Below are positions 35,816-54,026 of a stretch of DNA of 64,000 nucleotides, piece by piece. The notes beneath the pieces are model-generated. The model saw only the letters and a list, made by a program, of their open reading frames with translations. It was not told the DNA's origin and searched no databases. The DNA is from Macrostomum lignano (lineage: Eukaryota), in assembly GCA_002269645.1 (NCBI GenBank), contig NIVC01002283.1:1-64000 (forward strand), in the 5' to 3' direction. Made by a program: the position numbers and the translations under genes. How positions within the stretch are numbered: the first letter of the stretch is position 1; the number at the start of each line of letters is the position of its first letter.

Positions 35816-36108
35816 TAGCTTTTGTCATGCTATCTCAGCCTAGGGACATCCAAACTCAGCCAGCCCCATTCCGCAATGCGTTTTTTGGCTCGAGCTAGTC
35901 GAGTTTTACCATAGACATGCTTCTTAAGGCCATGCTATCTCAGCCTGGGACATGCAATCTCAGCCAATGCATGTCCCAGGCTGAGATAGCATGGCCTTAA
36001 GAAGCATGTCTATGGTAAAACTTGACTGGCTTACGTAAAAAATCGCACTGTTGAGATGGGCTGGCTGAGTTTGGATGTCTCTAGGCTGAGATAGCATGAC
36101 AAATACTA
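35816..36108. mobile_element. 293-bp hairpin MITE inserted in pol, TA target duplication
   Basis: Terminal arms TTTGTCATGCTATCTCAGCCTAG.GACATCCAAACTCAGCCAGCCC are inverted, with a ~50-bp perfect inner stem. Removing it plus one TA restores YIYGLPVVRVTTDHKPL in frame. Confidence 0.93.
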
Positions 36109-38536
36109 TACTGGAAGGCCATAGATGTAGTCATGAAATTTCTTGCAAGCAATAACAACGGCCAGAGTCTCCTTCTCAATCTGGGCATAGTTCTTTTGCG
36201 TGTTGGTCAGCGCAGCCGATCCATACGCCACAGGCTGTCCATTCTGCAGCAAAACGCAACCAACTCCGACCGATGAACTGTCAACTTGAAGCTCAACTTC
36301 CATATCGGCGTCAAACAACCTTAGCACAGGAGCGTCCGACAGAACATCTTTTAGCTTCTCAAAAGCTTGCTGCTGCTTCTCTTGCCAGTCAAAAAGCACC
36401 TCCTTCTTGAGCAGGGCACGAAGAGGTTCAGTGATGTCCGACGCATTCGGAATAAACTTGCCCAGGTAGGTTGCCATGCCAAGCAGCCGCATCACTGCCT
36501 GCTTATCACCTGGAACCGGAAGCTCTTGAATGGCTTTTACTTTAGCAGGATCTGGACGAACACCGTCAGATGAGATCACGTGACCAACATGGTTTACTGA
36601 AGAAACACCAACTTTCAATTTCTTGCGATTTAGCTTTAAATTCGACTGACGGGCCTCACTGAGCACCTTGAGTAGCTTCTGATCGTGCTCTTCGCGGGTC
36701 CGTCCCCAGACAAGCATATCATCAACAATTACCTCAGCCCAGCTGCTGAAAATTTTGCTTAGCTCACGTTGGTAGACTTCCGGTGCATCAATAGTTCCTG
36801 GGGGCAGGCGAACAAATTTGTATCTGCCCCACGGAGTGTTGAAAGTACAGAGCTGTGTACTTTCTTCGTCAAGTCTTATCTGCCAAAAACCAGTCTTTGC
36901 ATCCAGCACGGTGAAGTACTTGGCACCTGGAATGCGCGCAACAACTTGCTCGACTGTTGTCATCGGGTAGTGAGCGCGCTTGATAGCTTTGTTGAGATGT
37001 GTCGGATCGATACACAGTCGCAGGCTGCCATCTGGCTTGTGTACAGTAACCAAAGAGTTTACCCAATCCGTTGGCTCAGAAACTTTAACAATGACTCCGA
37101 GGGCCTCCATGCGCTTTAACTCCTCCTGAACTTTGCCTTGCAGCGCAAAGGGAATCTTTCTCGGAGCATTGACGACAGGAACAGCATGTTCATCGAGAGT
37201 AAACGAGTGCACGTAAGGCAAACAGCCAAGCTTGTCGTCAAACAGGTCACTGAATTCCTCTAGCACGAACTTTTCGTCAATCACCGGTGGCTGTCTAACG
37301 CTTTCAACTCTTCGAATTAGGTCCAGATCCTTCAGCGCTGGTAAACCAATGATTGCTTGTTGCACCTCTGAAACCATAAACTCTATCTCGCACGGCCGAC
37401 CCTGCACCTTGACCTTCAAACGACACTTTCCAACGACAGGAATGCGAGCTCCTCCAAAAGCCGTCAACACAGTGTGAGTTTTTAGCAACTGCTCACCGAC
37501 TGGGAAATAATCTGCTGGCAACACGCTCACCTCTGCTCCGGTGTCTAGCTTGCATTGCAGCTTTTTACCATCTGGAAGCTGAACTTCTGCTAACCAACTG
37601 GAACCATTATCAGTCTGCAGCGTTCCGATAAAATACACTTCTTCACCAGCACTAGCATCCTCACCTTCAGCTGCTGTTACAGTCATAACCCTCCGGTTAT
37701 TGTTGCTTCGACATTGACTGCGAAAGTGGTTCAGACGGCCACAGGACAGACACCGCTTACCAAAAGCCGGACACTTGCCATCACGATGACTGTAACCGCA
37801 GTTGTGACAGCGACTTTCTCCAGGAAGGCGTCCCTGAAGTTGACTCGGGTTCGAACTTTGGCCAGGTTGGCCCTGCGCCGTCGACTGGGCCGCTGTACTC
37901 GACACTGGGCGCCCTGAGTTGCGGATTTGTTGCTGCCGAGGCGCTGCCGGAGCGGGTGACAACCTTACGACGTTTAGGCCTTTCTCGACTTCCTTTAGCT
38001 GATGTCGCGCGGACTCTGCAGCTCTGCACATGTCAATTGCCGTTCTCAGGTCCAAGTCCGGTTCTCGAAGTAGCCGCTCTCGCATTCGTGAGTCGTTGCA
38101 CCCCAGGACAATCTTGTCTCGAATCATTTTCTCTTTTTGTGTTTCGAAATTGCACGTTCCAGCCAGACGTTTCAAATCAGTCACAAACAGGTCGACTGGC
38201 TCAGACTCCTTCTGGTCGCGTTCCCAGAACTTAAAACGCTCGAAGACTTCGCTCGTACGCGTGCTCATCGAAGTGCTCATCGAATAGCTCCAGCAACTCG
38301 TCAAAAGCTATTGGTCGCCTTGCCGTTGCACCCTGCGCTGTTTCCTCTTCTATTTCTGTCTCCAGGGTGTTATAAATGTCAAGGCCATTGTCACCGATCA
38401 GGTGCAAAAACAAATTTATTCGACGCTCTTCGCCAACAATTCCAGTTGCCTTGAGGTATATCAAAAATCTCTGTCGCCAGCGTTTCCAAGACTCGTTGGA
38501 GTCCGTCTCCAACTCTTCGGGTGGCTTCAGGTCCAT
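36109..38536 (-). CDS. Gypsy gag-protease-RT-RNase H, with one frameshift in gag near 38260-38290
   Basis: Gag MDLKPPEEL..MIRDKIVLG with two Cys/His knuckles, protease LDTGAEVSVL, RT ..LDAKTGFWQI..IVDDMLVWG, RNase H VDSSSVGVG..YAQIEKE. Confidence 0.93.
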
Positions 38537-38565
38537 GCTCTGAGTCTAGCTAGCTTGCGACGCCA

Positions 38566-38743
38566 TGTAATGAACGCGCAACCGAGAGATACGTGTATTA
38601 TTCAAGAGTGCCAAAAAGCATATTATATAGAGGGGCGAGGGGGCTGAGCAATCGATAGCAACGTACATACATGATTGGGGGACGGGGCGGCTGGGGCGCA
38701 GATGTGCGTACAATAAATTATAGTTACAAGTGCATCACTGACA
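38566..38743 (-). repeat. 5' LTR of the Gypsy element
   Basis: Direct repeat of 33374-33547 with an extra TACA; PBS adjacent at ~38554-38565. Confidence 0.97.
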
Positions 38744-40447
38744 GATTGGATCTCACATTCAGTTCAGTCTTGGTCCTATTTGACCATACCCAAATGAAAT
38801 AGGTAACCAATAATGGCGATATGTCTAAATTTCTAAAACTGCTAGTAGGTAGGGTATTTTGGGAATAATGGTGTCAGCTTTTGTATCGGCGCTAGGCCTA
38901 GCCTACTTGATATTGATGGAATATAGGCTTAGGCTAGCCTATTGCAACAGCAAAAATCGGCGATATAAAACAATTAGATTATAGGTCATAAATTATTGTA
39001 TAGGTCTAAATTAAAATAACCCCTAGGCTCTCTCATAAATTATAGTAAATTGACTTGATAGTTAATATTTTAGACTTAGTTTTTAGGCTTTTTAGGTTTG
39101 TTGTTTCATTTGTAACTTTTAAGTAACTTAAAAGATTAAGATTAACTTTAAAAAATTAGGTAAGCCTAAGGGCCAAAGCTAAAGTAGTTTTTAGGGCCTA
39201 TATTTTGTGATTTTAAGTAACCAAGTAGATGGCTACATTTATTAAGGCCAATATTTTTTTATTTGAGTTTATCATTTTTTGAAATGCTATAGGCCTAAGC
39301 AATATATGGCATAATTGTGAAGAATTGTGTGTATATATATTTGCCATATAGGCATTTAACCCAAATTAAGAACTAATTAAGAAGCTATATTTAGTTTTAT
39401 GTCCCACATCCACACCCCGCCTCTCTTTGACTTTGCCCACTTATACAGTGTACACAGATCCAACAAACCCTTGGCTTTAATAAGGGTTGCCACCCTGACA
39501 CCCCTGGCTTTAGTAAGTCTAGTAGGGGGCTCACCACCCCCACACCCCTGGCTTTAGTAATGTTGGTTATCAAAATTTATTGAAAATTTCCTTTAACATT
39601 ATAGTATTATATTTTATTTAAACAATTTTATAGAAACAAAACAAATATAATGGATTTTTAGTTTCTTTAAGGCAACCTATTAAGCTAGCTAATAGGCCTA
39701 TATAAGAAATTTAGTAATCTAAGTACCTTAGGATTTCAAACTAAGCCATCTCTTCTAACTGTTTGCATTGTTGTTGATTTTAACAGGCTAGTTTTGAACA
39801 TAAAGTTTTGATAAGAAATGCAAATTCTTATCATTCTAAACAAGTTAGTTATCTATATTTGCTTTGTATGGTTATAGAAAATTTCACTTATCTTTTCCAA
39901 TGGCCAGTTATCTAGATATTGGCTATTGCTTTATGTAATTTTTTCTATTTGGTATACTACATAAGCTTCAGAATTTAAGGTCATATATTTAGACAAGTTA
40001 ATCTTGGAATCAAATTATAAGCATTATTTAGACAAAATATCTTGGCAAAATGTGTAGACCTAGTCATGAAATTTTTCTTAGGACAAAAGGAACAATTCAA
40101 CCTATATATTAGCAACTGCTAGCTAATCTAGCTCATCCAGCTAACATAAATTGTGGCAGACCAAAGGTTATTAAGTTGCATTTTTTCACTTTTTTCATAG
40201 CATTTGACAATGAAATAAATATTTCCTTTGTTTTTTAGCAAATCACATTTTAGTCAAAACTAAGCTGCATGGCCAGTGAAATTTCCAAGGTTAAGCATGT
40301 GAATATAGGATAGAAAGGAATTAATTTAATTTTCAAAACCTTGTCATTGCACAAGATTGCACCTCTGAATCTGCAAATCAGCAAGCCTTCAATGACCACA
40401 TGGGGCCAGTATTTTCCTGAATTGTAAAAGCTTTGCTCTGCCTGTTC

Positions 40448-42058
40448 ATGATGCTTAACTGCATGCCAGGGGTTGCTTCCTCAGCATCCCTGCTGACTGC
40501 CGCATTCCGTGTGCCCTCTGCTGGCCTGCGCACTTCCAGCTGCCTCGCCAACATCTGCTGGTACCGCCTGCGGCGGGGCCTCCCTCCAAATGGCAACGAG
40601 AGGGGACCTCTCACTGACTTGCCCGACTGGACTTTTGCCGGTGGGTAAAGCATGTGCTTTAACTGGTTGTAGTTAAATCCACTAGTCTGTAAGTAGACTC
40701 CCTAACCAGTCTGTAAGTAGACTCCCTAGTCAGTCTGTAAGTAGACTCCCTAACCAGTCTGTAAGTAGACTCCCTAGCCAGTCTGTAAGTAGACTCCCTA
40801 GTCAGTCTGTAAGTAGACTCCCTAACCAGTCTGTAAGTAGACTCCCTAACCAGTCTGTAAGTAGACTCCCTAACCAGTCTGTAAGTAGACTCCCTAACCA
40901 GTCTGTAAGTAGACTCCCTAACCAGTCTGTAAGTAGACTCCCTAGCCAGTCTGTAAGTAGACTCCCTAGTCAGTCTGTAAGTAGACTCCCTAACCAGTCT
41001 GTAAGTAGACTATCCAGTCTGTAAGTAGACTCCCTAGCCAGTCTGTAAGTAGACTCCCTAACCAGTCTGTAAGTAGACTCCCTAACCAGTCTGTAAGTAG
41101 ACTCCCTAACCAGTCTGTAAGTAGACTCCCTAGCCAGTCTGTAAGTAGACTCCCTAACCAGTCTGTAAGTAGACTCCCTAACCAGTCTGTAAGTAGACTC
41201 CCTAGCCAGTCTGTAAGTAGACTCCCTAACCAGTCTGTAAGTAGACTCCCTAACCAGTCTGTAAGTAGACTCCCTAGCCAGTCTGTAAGTAGACTCCCTA
41301 ACCAGTCTGTAAGTAGACTCCCTAACCAGTCTGTAAGTAGACTCCCTAGCCAGTCTGTAAGTAGACTCCCTAACCAGTCTGTAAGTAGACTCCCTAACCA
41401 GTCTGTAAGTAGACTCCCTAACCAGTCTGTAAGTAGACTCCCTAACCAGTCTGTAAGTAGACTCCCTAACCAGTCTGTAAGTAGACTATCCAGTCTGTAA
41501 GTAGACTCCCTAGCCAGTCTGTTAGTAGACTCCATAACCAGTCTGTAAGTAGACACGCTAACCAGTCTGTAAGTAGACTCCATAACCAATCTGTAAGTAG
41601 ACTCGCTAACCAGTCTGTAAGTAGACTCCATAACCAGTCTGTAAGTAGAGACGCTAACCAGTCTGTAAGTAGAGACGCTAACCAGTCTGTAAGTAGAGAC
41701 GCTAACCAGTCTGTAAGTAGAGACGCTAACCAGTCTGTAAGTAGAGACGCTAACCAGTCTGTAAGTAGAGACGCTAACCAGTCTGTAAGTAGACTATCCA
41801 GTCTGTAAGTAGACTCGCTACCAGTCTGTAAGTAGACTCCACCCGCCTTCGGCAGACGGCCGGCCGACGCCATTCAGCACGTCGGGCCAGCAGCGCCGGC
41901 ACGCGGCCAACAGGCAGGTGGCGCAGCAGGCGCTGGCAGCCATGGAGAGCGTGGACCTGGCGGCCAAGGCCGATGAGCTCCGCCAGCGAGTCCAGCAGGC
42001 CGAGGCTGAGCGGCTGCGGCCCGGCCTGCGGCCCAAAGGGGACGCCATGCTGGCCTGA
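40448..42058 (+). CDS. MRPL52: Mitochondrial ribosomal protein mL52, ~131 aa; exons 40448-40640 and 41856-42058
   Basis: A phase-1 GT-AG join gives [26 protein letters not shown]|[20 protein letters not shown], matching the mL52 signature GPLTELPDWSYADGRP and C-terminal KPKG. The start Met is uncertain (40448, 40451 or 40463). Confidence 0.9.
40680..41840. repeat. 24-bp minisatellite filling the MRPL52 intron (ACCAGTCTGTAAGTAGACTCCCTA)
   Basis: About 48 units covering ~95% of the intron. Confidence 0.98.
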
Positions 42059-42929
42059 GAGCAGGCCTACTGTTGTTAGTAGTATATAAGAACATTAAAT
42101 TAGTAGCTCCTGAATTGCCGCTTAGCATTTGAATTTTTATGGGGAGAAAAGCAAAATAAAACGGTGGCAGCCGCTATGCAGACTGCCGGCTGGCCTTGAG
42201 GCCTCTATTAATAAAAAATGCACAAGCGCCCTAAATGGTTCATTTTCATATTGTTTTTTATTTCATAAGCCCAAATTTGTAACTACTCTCAAGTGGCATT
42301 GGATTAGCGTTCTGTTTTGTTCCTTCTTGAATCAATTATATTTGTACAGTTAGTGTTTACAACTTTAGGCATAGGAAATAAAAAGAAATCAATTGAACAT
42401 GAAAATTTCGATACACAGTAATATAAAAACATAGCAGAGTAGCATGCTGTAACGATTTTTACTATCTCCGCAGTGTACTTTTTCCAGGAAATCGGCCTTT
42501 AAAAAGTGACACGATCTTTGAGTTTTACGTCAGCTGCTATGCTACAGTGGTCCATGGATTACTAATAATGAACGGTTACTAATTCCACACTGTGTTAGTG
42601 CAATCCGAGCTCCACCCTCCCGGGGTGCGTGCACTTTTTGGACTGTCACCCAACAATGAACAGCAGTGCAGAGGCTTTGTGGATGGCTTGGAGTGGGTGG
42701 GGGGGGTCGCAACCTGGGCTGACCTGCAGAAACTGTTTATTTGCCTGTGCGTACAGGCGCACAGCTGCAAAAGTACACCAGCAGGGCCAGGGGTAGTGCA
42801 CGGAGTTATGCCTGTTTGCGGGAGTACAATGGACCGGGGGGGCTGGCGCTTTTCTTATCTATTTCTGCCTCACCCGCACGGGGCGCGGAGCAGTGAGGCC
42901 AACCTGCCTGTTCCCGAGACTGGCAAAAT

Positions 42930-48376
<5,447 letters not shown>

Positions 48377-49784
48377 AAGAAGAATTAAAGAGGTGCGCGT
48401 GTTGAATAAATTAATCGGACTAATTTTATTGTCTCATGAACTTCAGAGTCCGAAATTCAAGCCGGCTTGTTTCGTTTCTCAGAAAATATTTGAAGGCCAA
48501 TTAACTTGCCTGTTTCGTTGCCTCATTGACTTTGGCAAAGCTTTTGTGGAATTGGGGGATTTTACAAGAAAATTTTAGCATTATTCAAGATAAATCTCCT
48601 TAAACAACACGGCATGATATTTTTATTTGGTTTCTGCTGTCTGTTAGTATATGTGTCATTTATTTTATAATAGTTACTATGGCGTATATATTTATTATTC
48701 ATTAAACTTTATTGTTTATACATTTTAATAAGTTTACTATTTGTTTATTTGATTATTATAATTTTTTTCGTTTGTAATTATTATGAATATGAAATAAAAT
48801 ATTTTTATTAAGGTTCTAAACAAACTCGTTTATTTTTAATATCTAATTATTTTAAATAAAAGTATATCTATATTATATTTGCAATAATAGAGCAATTAAA
48901 ATTTATTTCATAATAAAAAACTATCTAAAGTTTGTATTATTTGTATAATTTTTAGACACAAATTTTTTAACTTTGGTATCGAATCTGCATAACAAATAAA
49001 AAGAACGTAAATGTCAATGTAGCACTATTGGAACAGGCAAGAAATATTGAAAAAAATAAGCCTAATAATGTGCTCAAGATGAGCATAGAAACGTTAAAAA
49101 TCTCAGTTCTCAGTGTGTATGAAATTAATGTGCTTCTATTCTGGATAAAAACTCACTCAAATTTCTCCTACTCATCCCACGCATCAAGTTGACATCCCAT
49201 TTTTTAGATTTTTAATATCCCATCGATTGAAATTCGAATTTAATCTGCTGCACTACTTACAGTAGCTGGGCACTTTGCGAGTTCTTTTTCAGGTCAGGAA
49301 GTTTTTCCTTGAAGTTATGCAGCAAAAGTACATTGAAGATTTTTACTTCAATAACCGAATTTCTTAATAATTTCGATGTTATTTTTGTTTCTTCGAATTG
49401 CAAAACTTTCGGTTTCAAATGAAATTTCTGTAATTGACTCATTAAATCTGGCTGGAGCGCCCCGCATGTGTTGTCATCTGTTCAATGCAATTTCATGCGC
49501 GCCTTGCACTTGAGCACCAGGGAACTTCTGCAACAATTGCTGCTACGAGCCGTAACAATCGTTTTATTGTGTTTTCACCGATCTGCCGCTTGAAATAATT
49601 TTTAACCTGTGATTTTGTTTCAATTTTTTCCTACAAAGCAGTCGCTACAGCTCTGGACTGCACGAGCCGGCCATTGCGAAATCCAGGGGCGTTGCCATGG
49701 ATTAATGGTGGGAGGGACAAAGCCGAGAGTTCTACATGTACATGTACATTATTTTCAGAACAGGTGTTGTCAGCACTCTCTTAG

Positions 49785-51025
49785 CGCCGCAGGCACTTAT
49801 CTAAGCGCCGCAGGCACTCATCTAAGCTTCGCAGGCACTCATCTTAGCGCCGCAGGCACTCGTTTTAGCGCCGCAGGCACTCATTTTAGCGCTGCAGGCA
49901 CTCGTTTTAGCGCCGCAGGCACTCATCTTAGCGCCGCAGGCACTTGTTTTAGCGCCGCAGGCACTCATCTAAGCGCCGCAGGCACTCATCTAAGCCCCGC
50001 AGGCACTCATCTAAGCCCCGCAGGCACTCATCTTAGCGCCGCAGGCACTCATCTTAGCGCTGCAGGCACTCGTTTTAGCGCCGCAGGCACTCATCTAAGC
50101 CCCGCAGGCACTCATCTTAGCGCCGCAGGCACTCATCTTAGCGCTGCAGGCACTCGTTTTAGCGCCGCAGGCACTCATCTAAGCCCCGCAGGCACTCATC
50201 TTAGCGCCGCAGGCACTCATCTTAGCGCTGCAGGCACTCGTTTTAGCGCCGCAGGCACTCATCTAAGCGCCGCAGGCACTCATCTAAGCCCCGCAGGCAC
50301 TCATCTTAGCGCCGCAGGCACTCGTTTTAGCGCCGCAGGCACTCATTTTAGCGCTGCAGGCACTCGTTTTAGCGCCGCAGGCACTCATCTTAGCGCCGCA
50401 GGCACTTGTTTTAGCGCCGCAGGCACTCATCTAAGCGCCGCAGGCACTCATCTAAGCCCCGCAGGCACTCATCTAAGCCCCGCAGGCACTCATCTTAGCG
50501 CCGCAGGCACTCATCTTAGCGCTGCAGGCACTCGTTTTAGCGCCGCAGGCACTCATCTTAGCGCCGCAGGCACTCATCTAAGCCCCGCAGGCACTCATCT
50601 TAGCGCCGCAGGCACTCGTTTTAGCGCCGCAGGCACTCATTTTAGCGCTGCAGGCACTCGTTTTAGCGCCGCAGGCACTCATCTTAGCGCCGCAGGCACT
50701 CATCTTAGCGCCGCAAGCACTCATCTTAGCGCCGCAGGCACTTGTTTTAGCGCCGCAGGCACTCATCTTAGCGCCGCAAGCACTCATCTTAGCGCCGCAA
50801 GCACTTATTTTAGCGCCGCAGGCACTCATCCTAGCGCCGCAGGCACTCATCTTAGCGCCGCAGGCACTCATCCTAGCGCCGCAGGCACTCGTTTTAGCGC
50901 CGCAGGCACTCATCTTAGCGCCGCAGGCACTCATCTTAGCGCCGCAGGCACTCATCTTAGCGCCGCAAGCACTCATCTTAGCGCCGCAGGCACTTGTTTT
51001 AGCGCCGCAGGCACTCATCTTAGCG
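49785..51025. repeat. 21-bp minisatellite (AGCGCCGCAGGCACTCATCTT)
   Basis: About 59 units; a variant block recurs 462 bp apart (49881/50343). Confidence 0.98.
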
Positions 51026-51669
51026 CCTTAGCGCCTTTTTACTGGGGGGGGGGACATGTCCCCCTGTCCTCCCCTGTGGCGACACCCCTGGCGAAATCTA
51101 CTCTGTAGGATAATCCACAGACAGATGTTCCCTTAGGTTCCTGACCGTCTTATTTCTAAGTTGCACTTTAGCAACCCAGGCAGTAATCTCATTTTTATTG
51201 ATATGCATGCAGCGCTAATTCCCTTGTTAGAGACCATAAGCAACAATCAGATTAGCAAACTGTCTGCAACCGCTTTCTTCTAGAAGAGGCAAAAGAAACA
51301 GCCCCTGTTCTCCGTGGTAGAGAAGAAGCATTTGATCTTGTCGCCTGTCTGCTGCAGCTGTCTCCTAGTAGAAGAGGCCTGCGGTCAATCTGGGTTACAT
51401 GGCCGCATTCCGTACTTTGATGGGCCGTTTTGGCTGGCAGGATAATCTGTGCACTTGAATCCGTGCGCAAGATAGTGCTTCGGGCTGTCATTCTGGTCAC
51501 TGGGCCAGACATGTGGCCGCATCTCATTAATTATTCATGAGAAGGAAAACTTTTTCGAATCAATTTTAAAAAATCGAACCAGTTTTCAAAATTAGAATCG
51601 ACTTAAAGGCCTGAGGCGAAAGGCGTAAGAAAAAAATATTGATTTCTCAAATCATTGATCTCATCAGAG

Positions 51670-52028
51670 GATCGCTCATGAACAGCCTAGAGAATCGCTC
51701 ATAAACAGCCTAGAGAATCGCTCATAAACAGCCTAGAGAATCGCTCATAAACAGCCTAGAGAATCGCTCATAAACAGCCTAGAGAATCGCTCATAAACAG
51801 CCTAGAGAATCGCTCATAAGCAGCCTAGAGAATCGCTCGTAAGCAGCCTAGAGAATCGCTCATAAACAGCCTAGAGAATCGCTCATAAACAGCCTAGAGA
51901 ATCGCTCATAAACAGTCTAGAGAATCGCTCATAAACAGCCTAGAGAATCGCTCATAAGCAGCCTAGAGAATCGCTCATAAGCAGCCTAGAGAATCGCTCG
52001 TAAGCAGCGTAGAGAATCGCTCATAAAC
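51670..52028. repeat. 23-bp minisatellite (CAGCCTAGAGAATCGCTCATAAA) upstream of the ENaC gene
   Basis: About 15 units. Confidence 0.96.
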
Positions 52029-52058
52029 GAGGATTTTCTCCCATCTAAAGAAAGCCCC

Positions 52059-52074
52059 GCAGCCAATCGGGCGG
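52059..52074 (+). promoter_or_regulatory. Overlapping CCAAT box and GC box (GCAGCCAATCGGGCGG) ~110 bp upstream of the ENaC ATG
   Basis: NF-Y and Sp-type consensus matches; function is inferred. Confidence 0.45.
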
Positions 52075-52179
52075 GCCAGAGAGCCTCTCGCTGCAGCCTT
52101 TATCTGGCCGGCCGCTCTGCTCCTCTGCCCAGCACAACCTCGCGGCTTCCCGGCCGCCAAACCGCCAGCCGCAGTCGCC

Positions 52180-54026
52180 ATGACCTCCGAGGCAGCCCGC
52201 AGGGAGCGGTCGTTCTGCAGCTTCCTGCTCGCCACCTTCATCGACAACACCAGCATGCGCGGCTTCCGCAAGTGCTGCGGCAGCCGGTACGCGGCCCTGC
52301 GGCTGCACTGGCTCTTCTACATTGCCAGCATGACCGTCATTCTCGCCTACGGCTCCTTCAACCTCTTCGCCGAGTTCTTCACCTACAACAAGTCCTACCA
52401 GATTGAGGAGGTGCTCAATGACCCGACCCCGTTCCCCAGCCTGACCGTCTGCTCGCTCAGCCCGTTCTCGCCCGAGGCCGCCTCACTGTGGCGCTCCGGA
52501 GAGGTGCCCAGCCCGGCCAGGTTCTCCCGCGACCTGCGCCACGGCATGGGCCGCATGGTCCGCCTGGGCCGGTACGCGGACGCCGCCAGCCTGTTCCGCA
52601 ACGACAAGATGGCCACCTACTTCCAGTTCATCAGCGAGTCGCAGGCCACCCAGCTGGGCCATCAGCTGGCCGAGCTCGTCCCCTTCTGCGTCATGCGGCA
52701 CAGCAACAACGCCAACCCGAGCGTGGCGCACGAGGAGAAGTGCAACTTCAAGGTCACCGGGGCCCGCCTGCACCACCCGAGTACCTGGTCTGCTACGACC
52801 TCGAGCTGGACGACGCCGAGTCAATCTACGTCAGCAGCCTGTCGCTGATCCTCTCCAATGCGCATCTCAACGAGTACCTGCTGCACAACATCAGCTCCAC
52901 GGCTGGCGGCGGCGTCCGGGTGTCGCGTGACCCGGCCGACAAGGAGCATGTGTTCGACATCTTCAATCAGGGCGCCGGCTTCCGCATTGTGCTGCACGAG
53001 CCCGGCACGCACCCGCTGGCCGACACAGACGGCTTCAGCGTCCAGATGCGCACCTCCACGCTGATCAAGTACAAGGCCGTGAAGGTCCAGAAGCTCGACT
53101 ATCCGGCCGGCGAGTGCGCGGACAGCGCCCGCCTGCCGGACATTTTGGATGACGATAGTCGGTACAAGTACACCTTCGCCGCCTGCCTGAGCAGCCAAAT
53201 TGGGCAGCTGATCCGCCGCCAGTGCAACTGCACCTCCGCCTTCCACGTGCGCCCGCCAGCGGCGGGGCCGGCCGCGCCCTACTGCGGCCACTACAGCGCC
53301 GAGAACCCGCTTGACTTCATCCGCAGGCTGGACTGCGTCAGGAACCTCAACCTCAGCAATCTGATGGCCAGCGTGATGCACTCGACCTGTCAGAAGCCGT
53401 GCACCACGTTTCACTACGAGAGCCACCTGTCCTCCTCCAACTGGACTCCGCAGGTGTGGCAGATCCACTGGATGATGCACATCAGCAGCGCCCTCAAGCA
53501 GGTGATGGACAACCCGTTCGATCAGCACTTCAGCGAGCAGCTGCAGCGCCTCATCAACTTCACCGACCTTGAGTCCGTGGCCGGCGCGCCCGAGGTCGAA
53601 GCTTTGAAGGTGTTCGAGTCGGAGCTGGCCGAGAAGATGGCCCTGGTCACGGTGACCCGGATGAACTACAACACCCTGGTGAAGCAGGAGGCGCTGCAGA
53701 TCACCCCCAGCGCGCTGATGAGCCGCCTGGGAGGCCTGGGCAGCCTGACCATCGGGGTCACCCTCACCTGCGCTTTCGAGCTGGTTGAACTCATCTACCT
53801 GACCGCCAGGCGGCTGCGGCGGCTCGACCAGACAGCGGAAGACGGCGGCGGCGGCGGCGGCGTTGACAGCAACGGGTCGGCAGCGGGAGCCAACCAGCGA
53901 GCCGTGGCGGCGGCTACTGTCGAGCTGCTGCTGCTGCAACAGCAGGCCGGCGCCCTGGCATCGTCTGAAAGGCAGGCGAATCACGTGCAGCAGGGGTCCT
54001 ACTATGACAACTGCCCGAGCGGCTGA
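52180..54026 (+). CDS. DEG/ENaC family ion channel subunit, intronless, ~615 aa after correcting one 1-bp frameshift at ~52777
   Basis: Pre-TM1 FIDNTSMRG, TM1, FPSLTVC, HHP|EYLVCY, GFRIVLHEPGTHP, YTFAAC...C.CT..C...C.KPC...Y Cys-rich thumb, and TM2 LMSRLGGLGSLTIGVTLTCAFELVELIY. Confidence 0.92.

Larger units (their letters stand above)
33374..38743 (-). mobile_element. Full-length Ty3/Gypsy LTR retrotransposon (Mag-like), 5370 bp
   Basis: TG...CA LTRs at 33374-33547 (174 bp) and 38566-38743 (178 bp), identical except for a TACA indel. 5-bp TSD GATTG (33369-33373, 38744-38748). PBS TGGCGTCGC after the 5' LTR and PPT AGAAGAGAGA before the 3' LTR. Domain order gag-PR-RT-RH-IN. Confidence 0.98.

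Noticed and set aside
40378-42128. Minus-strand ORFs at 40378-40653, 41818-42048 and 41874-42128
   Set aside because: They are antisense to the two MRPL52 exons, which explain the region fully.
49609-51108. 499-aa HLSAAGT-repeat ORF, and similar repeat ORFs at 2664, 3739, 7623, 11820, 28834, 30853, 40990, 43252, 54488 and 56331
   Set aside because: All coincide with tandem arrays, several of them inside introns of real genes.
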